NCBI RefSeq assembly: GCF_006864535.1
Contig: NZ_QHLL01000001.1
Location: 129,597-193,596 of the forward strand
Source: Campylobacter sp. MIT 12-8780
Lineage (GTDB): Bacteria > Campylobacterota > Campylobacteria > Campylobacterales > Campylobacteraceae
DNA: 64,000 nt
Direction of reading: 5' to 3'
Of this stretch, positions 1 to 8,646 are shown in pieces. The position numbers and the translations under genes were made by a program. Position 1 is the stretch's first letter; each line of letters opens with the position of its first letter. Under the pieces are notes generated by a model. The model searched no databases. It saw only the letters and a list, made by a program, of their open reading frames with translations, and was not told where the DNA came from.

Positions 1-613
1 TGTGTTCAGCTAAAAGCTTATCTTGACATATCATATCTTTTGCACTTAAAAGCTTAAAATTTGGATTTTCATGCAAATATTTATCTTGTTTTGGGAAGTG
101 AAAATTGTCTATATTTTCAACGATATTTCGACCCAATTCTTGCATAATAGCATTAATTTCATGAAAAGGATCGATTTTATTCATATAAAAATCAAGCACA
201 TTTTTTTCTTTGTAAAAGCTATACATATCAATAAGATTAAAGCCATAATCAAAAGCAAGTTTGGCATAAGTTTTATTGGTAATTTTCACTCTATCATCAT
301 CTTTAAAAGGTAAGATTAAAATCAAAACCTTTCTCTGCAATTTATAAAGCTCTTGCATAAGCCAATATATGTTACGCACAGCATGATCTAGCGGGGTATG
401 TGAGTTAGTATTGTCAATCAAATTGCTCTCTGCAATGATCAAATCAGCTTGCAACATAAGCTCTTTATGGCGGAATATATCAGAAATTTTAGCTATTGCA
501 TCCATTCCAGCTAAAGAAAAATTATAAAGCTCTAGCTCATCTTGTATAAAAGCAGATCGTATACCACCAACCCTTAAAAAATTACTTGATCCTAAAATCA
601 CAATTTTTTTCAC
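1..613 (-). CDS. hypothetical protein, partial; the C-terminus lies upstream of the window start. Possibly a divergent SGNH/GDSL-type hydrolase.
   Basis: Continuous reverse-strand reading frame from GTG at 613..611 (MKKIVILGSSNF...) running off the window edge. An AAGG Shine-Dalgarno sits 8 nt upstream. The frame overlaps the stop of the upstream ligase gene by very little, so it looks operonic. A DPFH (DxxH-like) motif is present. The SGNH assignment is weak. Confidence 0.5.
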   Translation of the reverse strand, partial: MKKIVILGSSNFLRVGGIRSAFIQDELELYNFSLAGMDAIAKISDIFRHKELMLQADLIIAESNLIDNTNSHTPLDHAVRNIYWLMQELYKLQRKVLILILPFKDDDRVKITNKTYAKLAFDYGFNLIDMYSFYKEKNVLDFYMNKIDPFHEINAIMQELGRNIVENIDNFHFPKQDKYLHENPNFKLLSAKDMICQDKLLAEH

Positions 614-655
614 TTAAAATCCTTTGTATATATCTTATCTTTTATAATGCACCTT

Positions 656-1990
656 CTAAGCTCTTGCTTTCTTGCCTCTATTTGTAAGCTCTAATTCATC
701 TACAAATTCAAATTTGCTAGGGATTTTGTAATTTGCAAGCTTATCCTTACAAAAAGCTTTAATCCTAGCTCTAAGCTCACTTTTAGGAAGTTCTTTCAAT
801 CTTGAATGAAGCACAATTTTAGCCGTTACACTTTGTCCAGTAAGAGCATTACTTGCCCCATAAACAAGAACATCTTCTATACCTTCAAAGCTTAAAAGAA
901 TATCCTCAACCTCACTTGGCAAACATTTTTCTCCACCCACATTGATAAGTTCTTTGCTCCTGCCTATAATCTTGATAAATTCCTCCCCATCTTTATAAAA
1001 AAGCTCAACCAAATCCCCAGTAGCAAAATACCCATCTTCATCAAAAACAGAATTATCAGCATTTAAATAACCCAAACTTTGCGTTTGTGATTTTAAAAAA
1101 AGTTCACCATTAATGATTTTATAGTCCATATTTTCAAGCTTTATAGCATTTTCATAAGTTTTGCTTTGAGAAATTCCAACCTCACTTGTGCCAAAACTTT
1201 GGTGAAATTTTACCCCTTTAAATACCTTTTTAAGCCTTACAAGTAAAGAATCTGGCATTTTTTCAGTGCCATAACTTATCATTCTTAAAGAACTTAAATC
1301 AAACTCATCTTTAACCCCACTTAAAAGCATAAGATTGAGCAAACTTACTGAAGCAGGAAGTAGGGAAATCTTGTATTTTTCTATAGCTAAAGCTAGAGCT
1401 TTAATATCTTTTCTATTTTTAAGTGCTACTGCACAAGCTCCCATAGCTAAAGAATTTAAAAGGGTATTTAACCCACCTATATGATCAAACATCAAAAAAA
1501 GTAACACGCAAAGTTTTTTAGGTTTTTTATGCAAAAAACTAGCACAAAGCGTAGTTAAATTATGCACTATAACCTTTGGCTTGCCGGTTGTTCCACTTGA
1601 AAAGATGATTAAGCCAGCTTCATTTTTAAGTCTATCAAAAAGCTGATTTTTAGCTGAATTTTCTTCCTTAAAAGGCTTTAAAATGCCTTCTTTAAAGATA
1701 TAATCACATTGAGCCTCACTTGCTTTAAGTATAAAGTCTTTATCTTCTTCATGTATTAAAGCAACAATTTTAGAACACTCTAAGCAAGCTAAAAGCATGG
1801 CTATACTTTGTTTATCAAAATTGCCTACTAAGGCTATATGCTTTACCTTAAGTGCTTGTAAGCTTTTAACAAAATCTTGTACCAAAGCCAAAAGCTCGTC
1901 ATAACTTATAAACTCATCATCACATATTAAAGCGGTGTTTTCTTTAAAATCTAAAAGTTTTTGCAAAAAGGCATTTTTAAACTCAGCCAT
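656..1990 (-). CDS. AMP-dependent synthetase/ligase (adenylate-forming enzyme; acyl/aminoacyl-ACP ligase-like)
   Basis: 444 aa ORF. It carries the AMP-binding signature SSGTTGKPK, plus YGTE and GDL motifs. It is translationally coupled to the SDR and ACP genes upstream. Confidence 0.8.
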   Translation of the reverse strand: MAEFKNAFLQKLLDFKENTALICDDEFISYDELLALVQDFVKSLQALKVKHIALVGNFDKQSIAMLLACLECSKIVALIHEEDKDFILKASEAQCDYIFKEGILKPFKEENSAKNQLFDRLKNEAGLIIFSSGTTGKPKVIVHNLTTLCASFLHKKPKKLCVLLFLMFDHIGGLNTLLNSLAMGACAVALKNRKDIKALALAIEKYKISLLPASVSLLNLMLLSGVKDEFDLSSLRMISYGTEKMPDSLLVRLKKVFKGVKFHQSFGTSEVGISQSKTYENAIKLENMDYKIINGELFLKSQTQSLGYLNADNSVFDEDGYFATGDLVELFYKDGEEFIKIIGRSKELINVGGEKCLPSEVEDILLSFEGIEDVLVYGASNALTGQSVTAKIVLHSRLKELPKSELRARIKAFCKDKLANYKIPSKFEFVDELELTNRGKKARA

Positions 1991-2741
1991 TTACGCCCCC
2001 TAAATAAAGCACCTGTCCTGTAATAAATTCGCTTTTTTCACTCATAAAAAACTCTATGACGTGAAGCACATCCTCATAAGTGCCAAATCTTTTAATAACT
2101 TGTTTTTCTAAAAGCTCATCAAGTTTATGATCTGGAACATTTTTAATTAAATCGGTTCGCACTGGTGTAGGTGCAAGGGCATTTACACTGATATGAAAAG
2201 GGGCTATTTCTTTAGCTAAAATTTGCGTAAATAAAGCTACGCTTGCCTTACTTGCTGCATACACAGCTTCACCTTCCAATCTTAAACCAACAGCAACCGT
2301 GCTAAAATTAATGATACGAAAAGCTAAAGGTGTAGCATTTTGCCTTAAATGATCTTTTTGAGCTAAACTCATCATCTTTGTAACCTCTCTACAAAGTAAA
2401 AAAGTGCCAAAGAAATTCGTATCAAAAACCCTTTTAGCTGTATCAAGCGGAGTGGTAAAAATATGATTCATAGCAGCTATACCAGCATTATTAATCAATA
2501 TATCAATAGTTTTAAACTCGGTTTTAATAGCTCTTAACATTGCTTTTACAGCTTTTTCATCACTTATATCAAGCTCAAAATGCCTATAATTAGCATGTAT
2601 AATGCTTGCCTTGCCTCTTGAACAACCACAAACTATAAAACCTTGTTCTAAAAAATACTCACTTAAAAATTTTCCTATGCCCTTTCGTGTCCCACTAATA
2701 AGAATAAGTTTTTTACTTGTTCTCATTAACACACTCCTCAA
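1983..2741 (-). CDS. short-chain dehydrogenase/reductase (FabG-like 3-oxoacyl-ACP reductase family)
   Basis: 252 aa. N-terminal Rossmann motif SGTRKGIG, an NNAG motif, and the catalytic YAASK (YxxxK). Start and stop overlap the neighbouring ACP and ligase ORFs. Confidence 0.8.
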   Translation of the reverse strand: MRSVLMRTSKKLILISGTRKGIGKFLSEYFLEQGFIVCGCSRGKASIIHANYRHFELDISDEKAVKAMLRAIKTEFKTIDILINNAGIAAMNHIFTTPLDTAKRVFDTNFFGTFLLCREVTKMMSLAQKDHLRQNATPLAFRIINFSTVAVGLRLEGEAVYAASKASVALFTQILAKEIAPFHISVNALAPTPVRTDLIKNVPDHKLDELLEKQVIKRFGTYEDVLHVIEFFMSEKSEFITGQVLYLGGVNG

Positions 2742-3012
2742 TATAGCTTATAAGTGAGGCTATATCTTTAAAAGGAGAGTTTTTTGCACTCATTGCTCTA
2801 TCATTTGCTAGGATAATATCCTTACCAAATTCCTCACTAATAAGCTCTTCTAATTCACTGATAAAGCCAACCAAGCCAAGTGAATCTAAATTACCTCCAC
2901 TAGTATAAAGCAAAGTGTTTAAATTTGGCGCTTTTAAAGCTTCAATATCAAGCTCCACACCAAGATTGCTCACAGCATTAAAAACCAAATCTCTAATTTC
3001 TTGTGTTTGCAT
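2713..3012 (-). CDS. acyl carrier protein (accessory ACP)
   Basis: 99 aa acidic protein with LDSLG (DSL phosphopantetheine-attachment serine). It is the first gene of a three-gene ACP-SDR-ligase cassette. Confidence 0.75.
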   Translation of the reverse strand: MQTQEIRDLVFNAVSNLGVELDIEALKAPNLNTLLYTSGGNLDSLGLVGFISELEELISEEFGKDIILANDRAMSAKNSPFKDIASLISYIEECVNENK

Positions 3013-3139
3013 TGTTTTTCCTTTGTAGATTAAAATAATTAAAAGTTAAGAATGTAAAAAACGAGTAATAAAAAGAAATGAAGAAATGATAAAAATAAGG
3101 AAAAGTGCAAAAAAAATAAGATAAAGAAAAAACTAAATG

Positions 3140-3149
3140 CCCCCCCCCC
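3140..3149. repeat. intergenic homopolymeric C10 (G10 on the transcribed strand) about 128 nt upstream of the ACP cassette start
   Basis: Direct count of 10 consecutive C at 3140..3149, in an AT-rich intergenic region. Confidence 0.9.
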
Positions 3150-3255
3150 TTAGACTAAAATTCATAAAAACTCCTAATTTATAGATATTTTAAAAAGCTG
3201 AATTTAAACATAAATTTTCTTATATAAAGCTTAAATCTCCTAAAACCCCACAAAC

Positions 3256-4443
3256 CTAAACAATCATATCAACCTTTTTAAGCCCCATGATAGCATTGAC
3301 ATCATCAAGACTTGTTGAGTTTGTTTGTATCATCGTAGTGTTAAGTTCTTTGACTATGGTGCTTAGTTTTTCATAATCAAGCTTTGAAGCCTCGTTTGCT
3401 GAAAGTCCTAAAAATTTAGCAGATTTAAGCTTAAAACTTTGCACGAAATTTTCATAAAAAGACTTGAATTTACCCTCGTTAAACTCAAGATAAGTTGTGC
3501 CGTCCTCAGCCTTTCTCTCATCAAAAAGTTCTTGTGCTAAATTCATCTTCAAAAGGCTTTTCTCGGCTTCTTCTAATTCATCATATTTCACGCCTTTATC
3601 AAGCTTATCAAGCACATCTTTTATCTTTAAATCCAAAGTCTCAGTTCCGCCTGAAAAAAGCTTGATGATCTGCCTTAAGCTCACGAAAAGCTCATCTTCA
3701 CTCTCGATCGTTTCATCGCCAAATTCAGCCTCAATCGCCCCACTTTCCTCATAAGTGATCTTGCCATCAAAATTTTTATCATTTTTTAAACTTCTATCAA
3801 GCTCAAGTCCTATAGTTTTAGAGCCGTATTCGCCGGTGTGAGTTGTGTTTTTAAAAGATTGCACATCCTCAAGAGCTAGGCTCATATAAGATTTGACTTC
3901 AAAGCTATTTAAAAACTCTTCTCCAAAGGCGTTTTTAAAGCCATTTAAAGTAAAACCACCCCTTGTATTTTCAAGCTCTGCTGTGCTAAAATAGCCATCT
4001 TTGTCCTTATCAGCAGCTAAATAACCCCTTGCATAAGCGATATCCGCATACCAACCAGCGATGAAATTTTCAGCCTTTCCGCTTAAGATATAAGAGCCAT
4101 CATTTCTTCTTGTGAGTTCTTTTTGATCAAATTCTTGCCCCAGCCTTGAAAGACTTTCAGTGCTTAAAGCACTTCTTGTCAGCTTTTGAGTAATGGGATC
4201 GCGAAAATATATCGTTGTCATACCTCGCTCAGCGTCAAGAACTTTTTTATCAACTTTTTGCGTAAAAACCTTTTCATAGGCTTTTTTCTCTTCTATGCTT
4301 GCTTCATTTGTGGCATTTTTTGGTGTGCTTGAGTTTGCTTTGAAGCTGTCATTGAGTATATTTGGCTTTAAATTTAAGCTAAAATCAAAACTCTTATACA
4401 CCAAAGAATTTCTTAAACTTGCATTAAGCCTTGAAAAATCCAT
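3256..4443 (-). CDS. hypothetical protein with two EF-hand-type Ca2+-binding loops
   Basis: 395 aa ORF. The motifs DKDKDGYFSTAE and DKNFDGKITYEE both fit the 12-residue EF-hand loop consensus (D-x-D/N-x-D-G-x-I/F-x-x-x-E). No obvious signal peptide. Confidence 0.6.
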   Translation of the reverse strand: MDFSRLNASLRNSLVYKSFDFSLNLKPNILNDSFKANSSTPKNATNEASIEEKKAYEKVFTQKVDKKVLDAERGMTTIYFRDPITQKLTRSALSTESLSRLGQEFDQKELTRRNDGSYILSGKAENFIAGWYADIAYARGYLAADKDKDGYFSTAELENTRGGFTLNGFKNAFGEEFLNSFEVKSYMSLALEDVQSFKNTTHTGEYGSKTIGLELDRSLKNDKNFDGKITYEESGAIEAEFGDETIESEDELFVSLRQIIKLFSGGTETLDLKIKDVLDKLDKGVKYDELEEAEKSLLKMNLAQELFDERKAEDGTTYLEFNEGKFKSFYENFVQSFKLKSAKFLGLSANEASKLDYEKLSTIVKELNTTMIQTNSTSLDDVNAIMGLKKVDMIV

Positions 4444-4598
4444 ATCCTTTGCCTTGTCTTAAATTTCCTAGCAAATAAATCGGCAAAAAACATTTTTCTT
4501 TTAGCTTTTTAGGAAAAAGAGCAAAAAACTGCGTTAGCAAAATATTTAAATTTTTATTATACAATCAGCCTTTAAATTCAGCAAAACAAGGAGAAAAA

Positions 4599-6446
4599 AT
4601 GCAGTTTCAAACTGAAGTCAATCAGCTTTTACAGCTTATGATTCACTCTTTATATTCAAACAAAGAAATTTTTTTAAGAGAACTTGTATCAAATGCAAGC
4701 GATGCCCTTGATAAACTTACTTATCTCAGTGTGAGTGATGACAAATACAAAAGCTTAAAATTCACACCCCGCATAGACATCAAATTTAACAGCGAGGCAA
4801 AAACCCTAAGCATAAGCGACAATGGCATAGGTATGGATAAGGACGATCTTATCAATCATCTTGGCACCATAGCAAAAAGCGGCACCAAAAGCTTTTTAGC
4901 GAATTTAAGCGGGGACGCTAAAAAAGACAGCCAACTCATAGGACAATTTGGCGTTGGCTTTTATTCAGCCTTTATGGTGGCAAGCAAAATCGAAGTTTTA
5001 AGCAAAAAAGCCCTTGATGATAAAGCTTATCTTTGGACAGGCACAGCTGAGGGCTATGAGATAGAAGAAGCAAAAAAAGAAGAACAAGGCACAGCCATCA
5101 CGCTTTTTTTAAATGATGATGAGTTTTTAAACCCTTACCGCATAGAAACTATCATCGCAAAATACTCAAACCACATTCAATTTCCAATTTTTATGGAAAA
5201 AGAAGAATTTATCCCACTTACCGAAGAAGAACAAAAGCAAGATCCACGCCCAGAGCCTAAAAAAGAGCTAAAAATAGTGCAAATTAACACCGCAAATGCT
5301 CTTTGGAGACAAAATAAAGCAAATTTAAAAGCTGAAGATTATGAGAAATTTTACGAACAAACCTTTCATGATAGTCAAAAACCACTGCTTTATATCCACA
5401 CCAAAAGCGAAGGTAAATTTGAATATAATACCCTTTTTTACATACCAAGCACAGCTCCTTTTGATCTTTACAGAGTAGATTATCAAAGTGGGCTTAAGCT
5501 TTATGTTAAACGCGTGTTTATCAGTGATGATGATAAAGAACTAATGCCTAGTTACTTGCGTTTTGTGCGTGGGATTATTGATGTTGAGGACTTACCGCTT
5601 AATGTAAGTAGGGAAATTTTACAAGAAAATGTCATCTTAAAAGCCGTGCAAGAAGCAAGCGTAAAGAAAATTTTAAGCGAGCTAGCCAAGCTTAAAACAA
5701 AAGATGAAGCAAAATACAAAGAATTTTTTACTACCTTTGGTAAAGTGCTTAAAGAAGGGCTTTACGGCTTTGGTAATGATAAAGAAAATTTAATCAAACT
5801 TATGCTCTTTAAAAGCACAAAAGCTGAGGGGCTAACTAGTCTTGAAGCTTACAAAAGTCGCTTAAAAGAGGATCAAAAAGAAATTTTTTATATTTGTGGG
5901 ACAAATGAAAGTTTGCTTAAAAGCTCGCCTTTGCTTGAAAGCTATAAAAGCAAAGATATAGAAGTGCTTTTACTTGATGATGAGATCGATACTATCATCG
6001 CACCAAGCTTGCCTGAGTTTGAGGGGCTTAAATTTGTAGCGATTAACCAGCAAGCTGATGAAACCCCACTTGATGAAAAAACTCAAGAAGAGTTTGCACC
6101 TATCTTAGCGCAATTTAAAGAACTTTTAAAAGATGAAGTTGATGATGTGCGCGCTACTTCAAGGCTAAGTGAAAGCCCAAGTTGTATAGTGTATGATAAA
6201 AACAAGCCAGATTTTGCTATGCAACAACTCTTAAAACAAATGGGACAAGAACAGCACATCAAGCCTATCTTAGAACTTAACCCAAAACACCCTATCTTTG
6301 AAAAGCTTAAAAATAACCCAACTTATGCTCCTGACATAGCTGAAATTCTTCTAACTATGGCAAAACTAAGCGAGGGTATGGGGATAGAAAACCCAGCCCA
6401 GTTTAACCAAAGCTTAAGTAAAATCGTTTTGAAAGCCTTGCAATGA
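4599..6446 (+). CDS. htpG: molecular chaperone HtpG (Hsp90)
   Basis: 615 aa. N-terminal GHKL ATPase signature LRELVSNASDALDKL. An AGGAG Shine-Dalgarno lies upstream. Confidence 0.95.
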   Translation: MQFQTEVNQLLQLMIHSLYSNKEIFLRELVSNASDALDKLTYLSVSDDKYKSLKFTPRIDIKFNSEAKTLSISDNGIGMDKDDLINHLGTIAKSGTKSFLANLSGDAKKDSQLIGQFGVGFYSAFMVASKIEVLSKKALDDKAYLWTGTAEGYEIEEAKKEEQGTAITLFLNDDEFLNPYRIETIIAKYSNHIQFPIFMEKEEFIPLTEEEQKQDPRPEPKKELKIVQINTANALWRQNKANLKAEDYEKFYEQTFHDSQKPLLYIHTKSEGKFEYNTLFYIPSTAPFDLYRVDYQSGLKLYVKRVFISDDDKELMPSYLRFVRGIIDVEDLPLNVSREILQENVILKAVQEASVKKILSELAKLKTKDEAKYKEFFTTFGKVLKEGLYGFGNDKENLIKLMLFKSTKAEGLTSLEAYKSRLKEDQKEIFYICGTNESLLKSSPLLESYKSKDIEVLLLDDEIDTIIAPSLPEFEGLKFVAINQQADETPLDEKTQEEFAPILAQFKELLKDEVDDVRATSRLSESPSCIVYDKNKPDFAMQQLLKQMGQEQHIKPILELNPKHPIFEKLKNNPTYAPDIAEILLTMAKLSEGMGIENPAQFNQSLSKIVLKALQ

Positions 6447-6793
6447 TTCAAAGCGTAATGATTAGCGAGGAAATTTTAAAGGATTATCAGATCTTTGATA
6501 TACGCAATAAAAGCGAATGGAGAGAAAGCGGAGTGATAGAAGGAGCCGTGCTTTTAAGCTTTAACCTAAGCAATGGCTCGCCAAATCCAGATTTTATCAA
6601 AGAATTTCAAAGACTAAGAGATGAAAGTAAAACTCAAGCCCTTGTGTGTGCAAGTGGCTTTCGCTCCGCTGCTGCAGCAAATTTAATCAAAGCAAAACTT
6701 GGTATAGACACAATCAATCTTAAAGGCGGAATGCACGCCTTGCTTGATGAGGGCTATAAAAGTGTGCCTTATAGAGGGCAGGATTTAGTATGA
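6443..6793 (+). CDS. rhodanese-like sulfurtransferase domain protein
   Basis: 116 aa with the active-site CASGFRS (Cx2Gx R) loop. The ATGA start overlaps the htpG stop. Confidence 0.8.
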   Translation: MIQSVMISEEILKDYQIFDIRNKSEWRESGVIEGAVLLSFNLSNGSPNPDFIKEFQRLRDESKTQALVCASGFRSAAAANLIKAKLGIDTINLKGGMHALLDEGYKSVPYRGQDLV

Positions 6794-7236
6794 GCGTGGG
6801 TATTTATATACTTATCGCTGCTGTGGCGTTTTTGATGCTTTATTTTGCTATCAAAAAGCTTACTTTGCAAATCGATGAAAAAACCCTTTTAGAGCCTATA
6901 AAAACGAGCTTATATCCTGAATTTTGCGATTTTATCGATGAGAAAATAGGCGAGCTTAAAAGCCAAATAGAAGCTGATTTAAGCTTGCTTAAAGATGAAA
7001 ACTTAAGAGCTGAATTTTTAGAAAAACTTGGTGATTTAAGCAGAAAACTCACCTTTATACAAACGATGAATTTAAGCAAAAAAAATGATGAAGTGTGGCA
7101 AAATGAGCTTTTTGAGTTTTTAAAAACACTTGAAAGTGTGATAGAAACATATCTTAAAGAGGGCGAAGCAAAGGCTGATGAGCTAAGAATAACGCTTATG
7201 GATAAATTTAAAAGTCTGCAAGAAAAGCAAGCTTAA
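6790..7236 (+). CDS. small membrane-anchored hypothetical protein
   Basis: 148 aa with one N-terminal transmembrane helix and a charged helical tail. Its start overlaps the stop of the rhodanese gene. Confidence 0.6.
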   Translation: MSVGIYILIAAVAFLMLYFAIKKLTLQIDEKTLLEPIKTSLYPEFCDFIDEKIGELKSQIEADLSLLKDENLRAEFLEKLGDLSRKLTFIQTMNLSKKNDEVWQNELFEFLKTLESVIETYLKEGEAKADELRITLMDKFKSLQEKQA

Positions 7237-7427
7237 ATTCATCTTTTTTTTAATCTTTATCAATTCATTTTACTCAAAACTTAGCTTTGATTTTGCGCCT
7301 TAATTTTTCATTTTATCAAAAAATGTTCCTTTATGAAAAGATATTTTATCTTTATTGATAAATTTTATTTCTTTTTAAACTTTATCAACCTATAATATAT
7401 TTACTTTTTATTTAAAAGGAGTTTAAA

Positions 7428-8453
7428 ATGAAAAAGAGTATTTCTCTCTTGTCTGCATTGATACTCAGCTCAAGCTTGAGTGCAGCATCTTTAGTTGAGG
7501 AAGCCAAAAGCTTCAATCTCTTACCCCTACCGCAAAATCAAGCCGAAGTTGATCTTGTGCTTAAAGAAAACGGCTTAGAAGCAAGTAAATTTAGCGTAGA
7601 AAAAGCCGATCTTGGCAAAAAGTTGTATTTTGAGCCTAGACTTTCAAAAAGCGGTATCATTTCTTGCAATACCTGTCATAACTTAGGCTTAGGTGGAACA
7701 GACGGCGTTTCAGCAGCTGTTGGGCATAAATGGGCGAGCAACCCTCATCACCTTAACTCTCCAACGGTGTATAATTCAGTGCTTAACACAACACAATTTT
7801 GGGACGGAAGAGCTAAAACTCTAGCCGATCAAGCCAAAGGACCTATCGAGGCTGAACCTGAAATGGCAACTCCAGCTAAACTTGCTGTAGAAAAAATTTC
7901 ATCTTTGCCTGAATATGTAAGCGAATTTAAAAAGATTTACGGCAGAAGTGGCGTTAATTTTGATAATATCGCTGATGCGATAGCTAATTTTGAGCGAACC
8001 CTCATCACTCCATCTCGTTATGATAAGTTCTTAAGAGGCGATGAAAAGGCTTTGACTAAGGAAGAGCAAGCTGGACTTAAACTTTTTATCGATAAAGGCT
8101 GCGTAAGCTGTCATAATGGTATAAATTTGGGCGGCTCTATGCAAGCATTTGAAGTAGCTAGTCAGTATAAATTCGCAAATCTTGGGGATTTTAAAGGCGA
8201 TGAAAACGGACTTGTAAAAACTCCAACTTTAAGAAATATCGCCCAGACAGCTCCGTATTTTCACAATGGAGCCATTTGGTCTTTGCAAGAAGCGATCAAA
8301 GAAATGGGTAGCGTGCAACTTGGCATAGCCATTAGCAACAAAGAAGCTAAAAGTATAGAAAAATTCCTCCATGCTTTAAGCGGAGAAAAACCACAAATTT
8401 CTTATCCTCAGCTTCCAGCATCAACTGATAAAACACCAAAACCTCAGCTTTAA
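7428..8453 (+). CDS. di-haem cytochrome c peroxidase
   Basis: 341 aa with a signal peptide and two CxxCH haem sites (CNTCHN, CVSCHNG). Carries the family motif PTLRNIAQTAPYFHNG. Confidence 0.9.
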   Translation: MKKSISLLSALILSSSLSAASLVEEAKSFNLLPLPQNQAEVDLVLKENGLEASKFSVEKADLGKKLYFEPRLSKSGIISCNTCHNLGLGGTDGVSAAVGHKWASNPHHLNSPTVYNSVLNTTQFWDGRAKTLADQAKGPIEAEPEMATPAKLAVEKISSLPEYVSEFKKIYGRSGVNFDNIADAIANFERTLITPSRYDKFLRGDEKALTKEEQAGLKLFIDKGCVSCHNGINLGGSMQAFEVASQYKFANLGDFKGDENGLVKTPTLRNIAQTAPYFHNGAIWSLQEAIKEMGSVQLGIAISNKEAKSIEKFLHALSGEKPQISYPQLPASTDKTPKPQL

Positions 8454-8464
8454 AAAGCAAAAAA

Positions 8465-8496
8465 CTTTTGTCATTTAACCAAATGACAAAAGTTTG
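8465..8496 (+). terminator. rho-independent terminator after the ccp gene
   Basis: Perfect 12-bp inverted repeat cttttgtcattt/aaatgacaaaag with a 4-nt loop, followed by a T-rich run. Confidence 0.7.
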
Positions 8497-8646
8497 TAAA
8501 TATTTATAAAACAAGTTAAAAATTTGTTATAATTCGCAAGCAAAAATATAAATTTTTCTACAATTACATAAAATATTTTACTTTTAAATTTGATTGAAAA
8601 ATAAAATATATTTTGATTTAAATTCATCTTCTATAAGGAGTTTGCA

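Noticed and set aside
71-313. 80-aa ORF on the + strand
   Set aside because: It lies entirely antisense within the longer, Shine-Dalgarno-supported reverse-strand gene at 1..613. Its isoleucine, phenylalanine and lysine-rich composition is typical of spurious ORFs in AT-rich DNA.
3497-3754. 85-aa Ser-rich ORF on the + strand
   Set aside because: Antisense to the 395-aa EF-hand protein gene. The low-complexity S/L composition mirrors the complement of the K/E codons.
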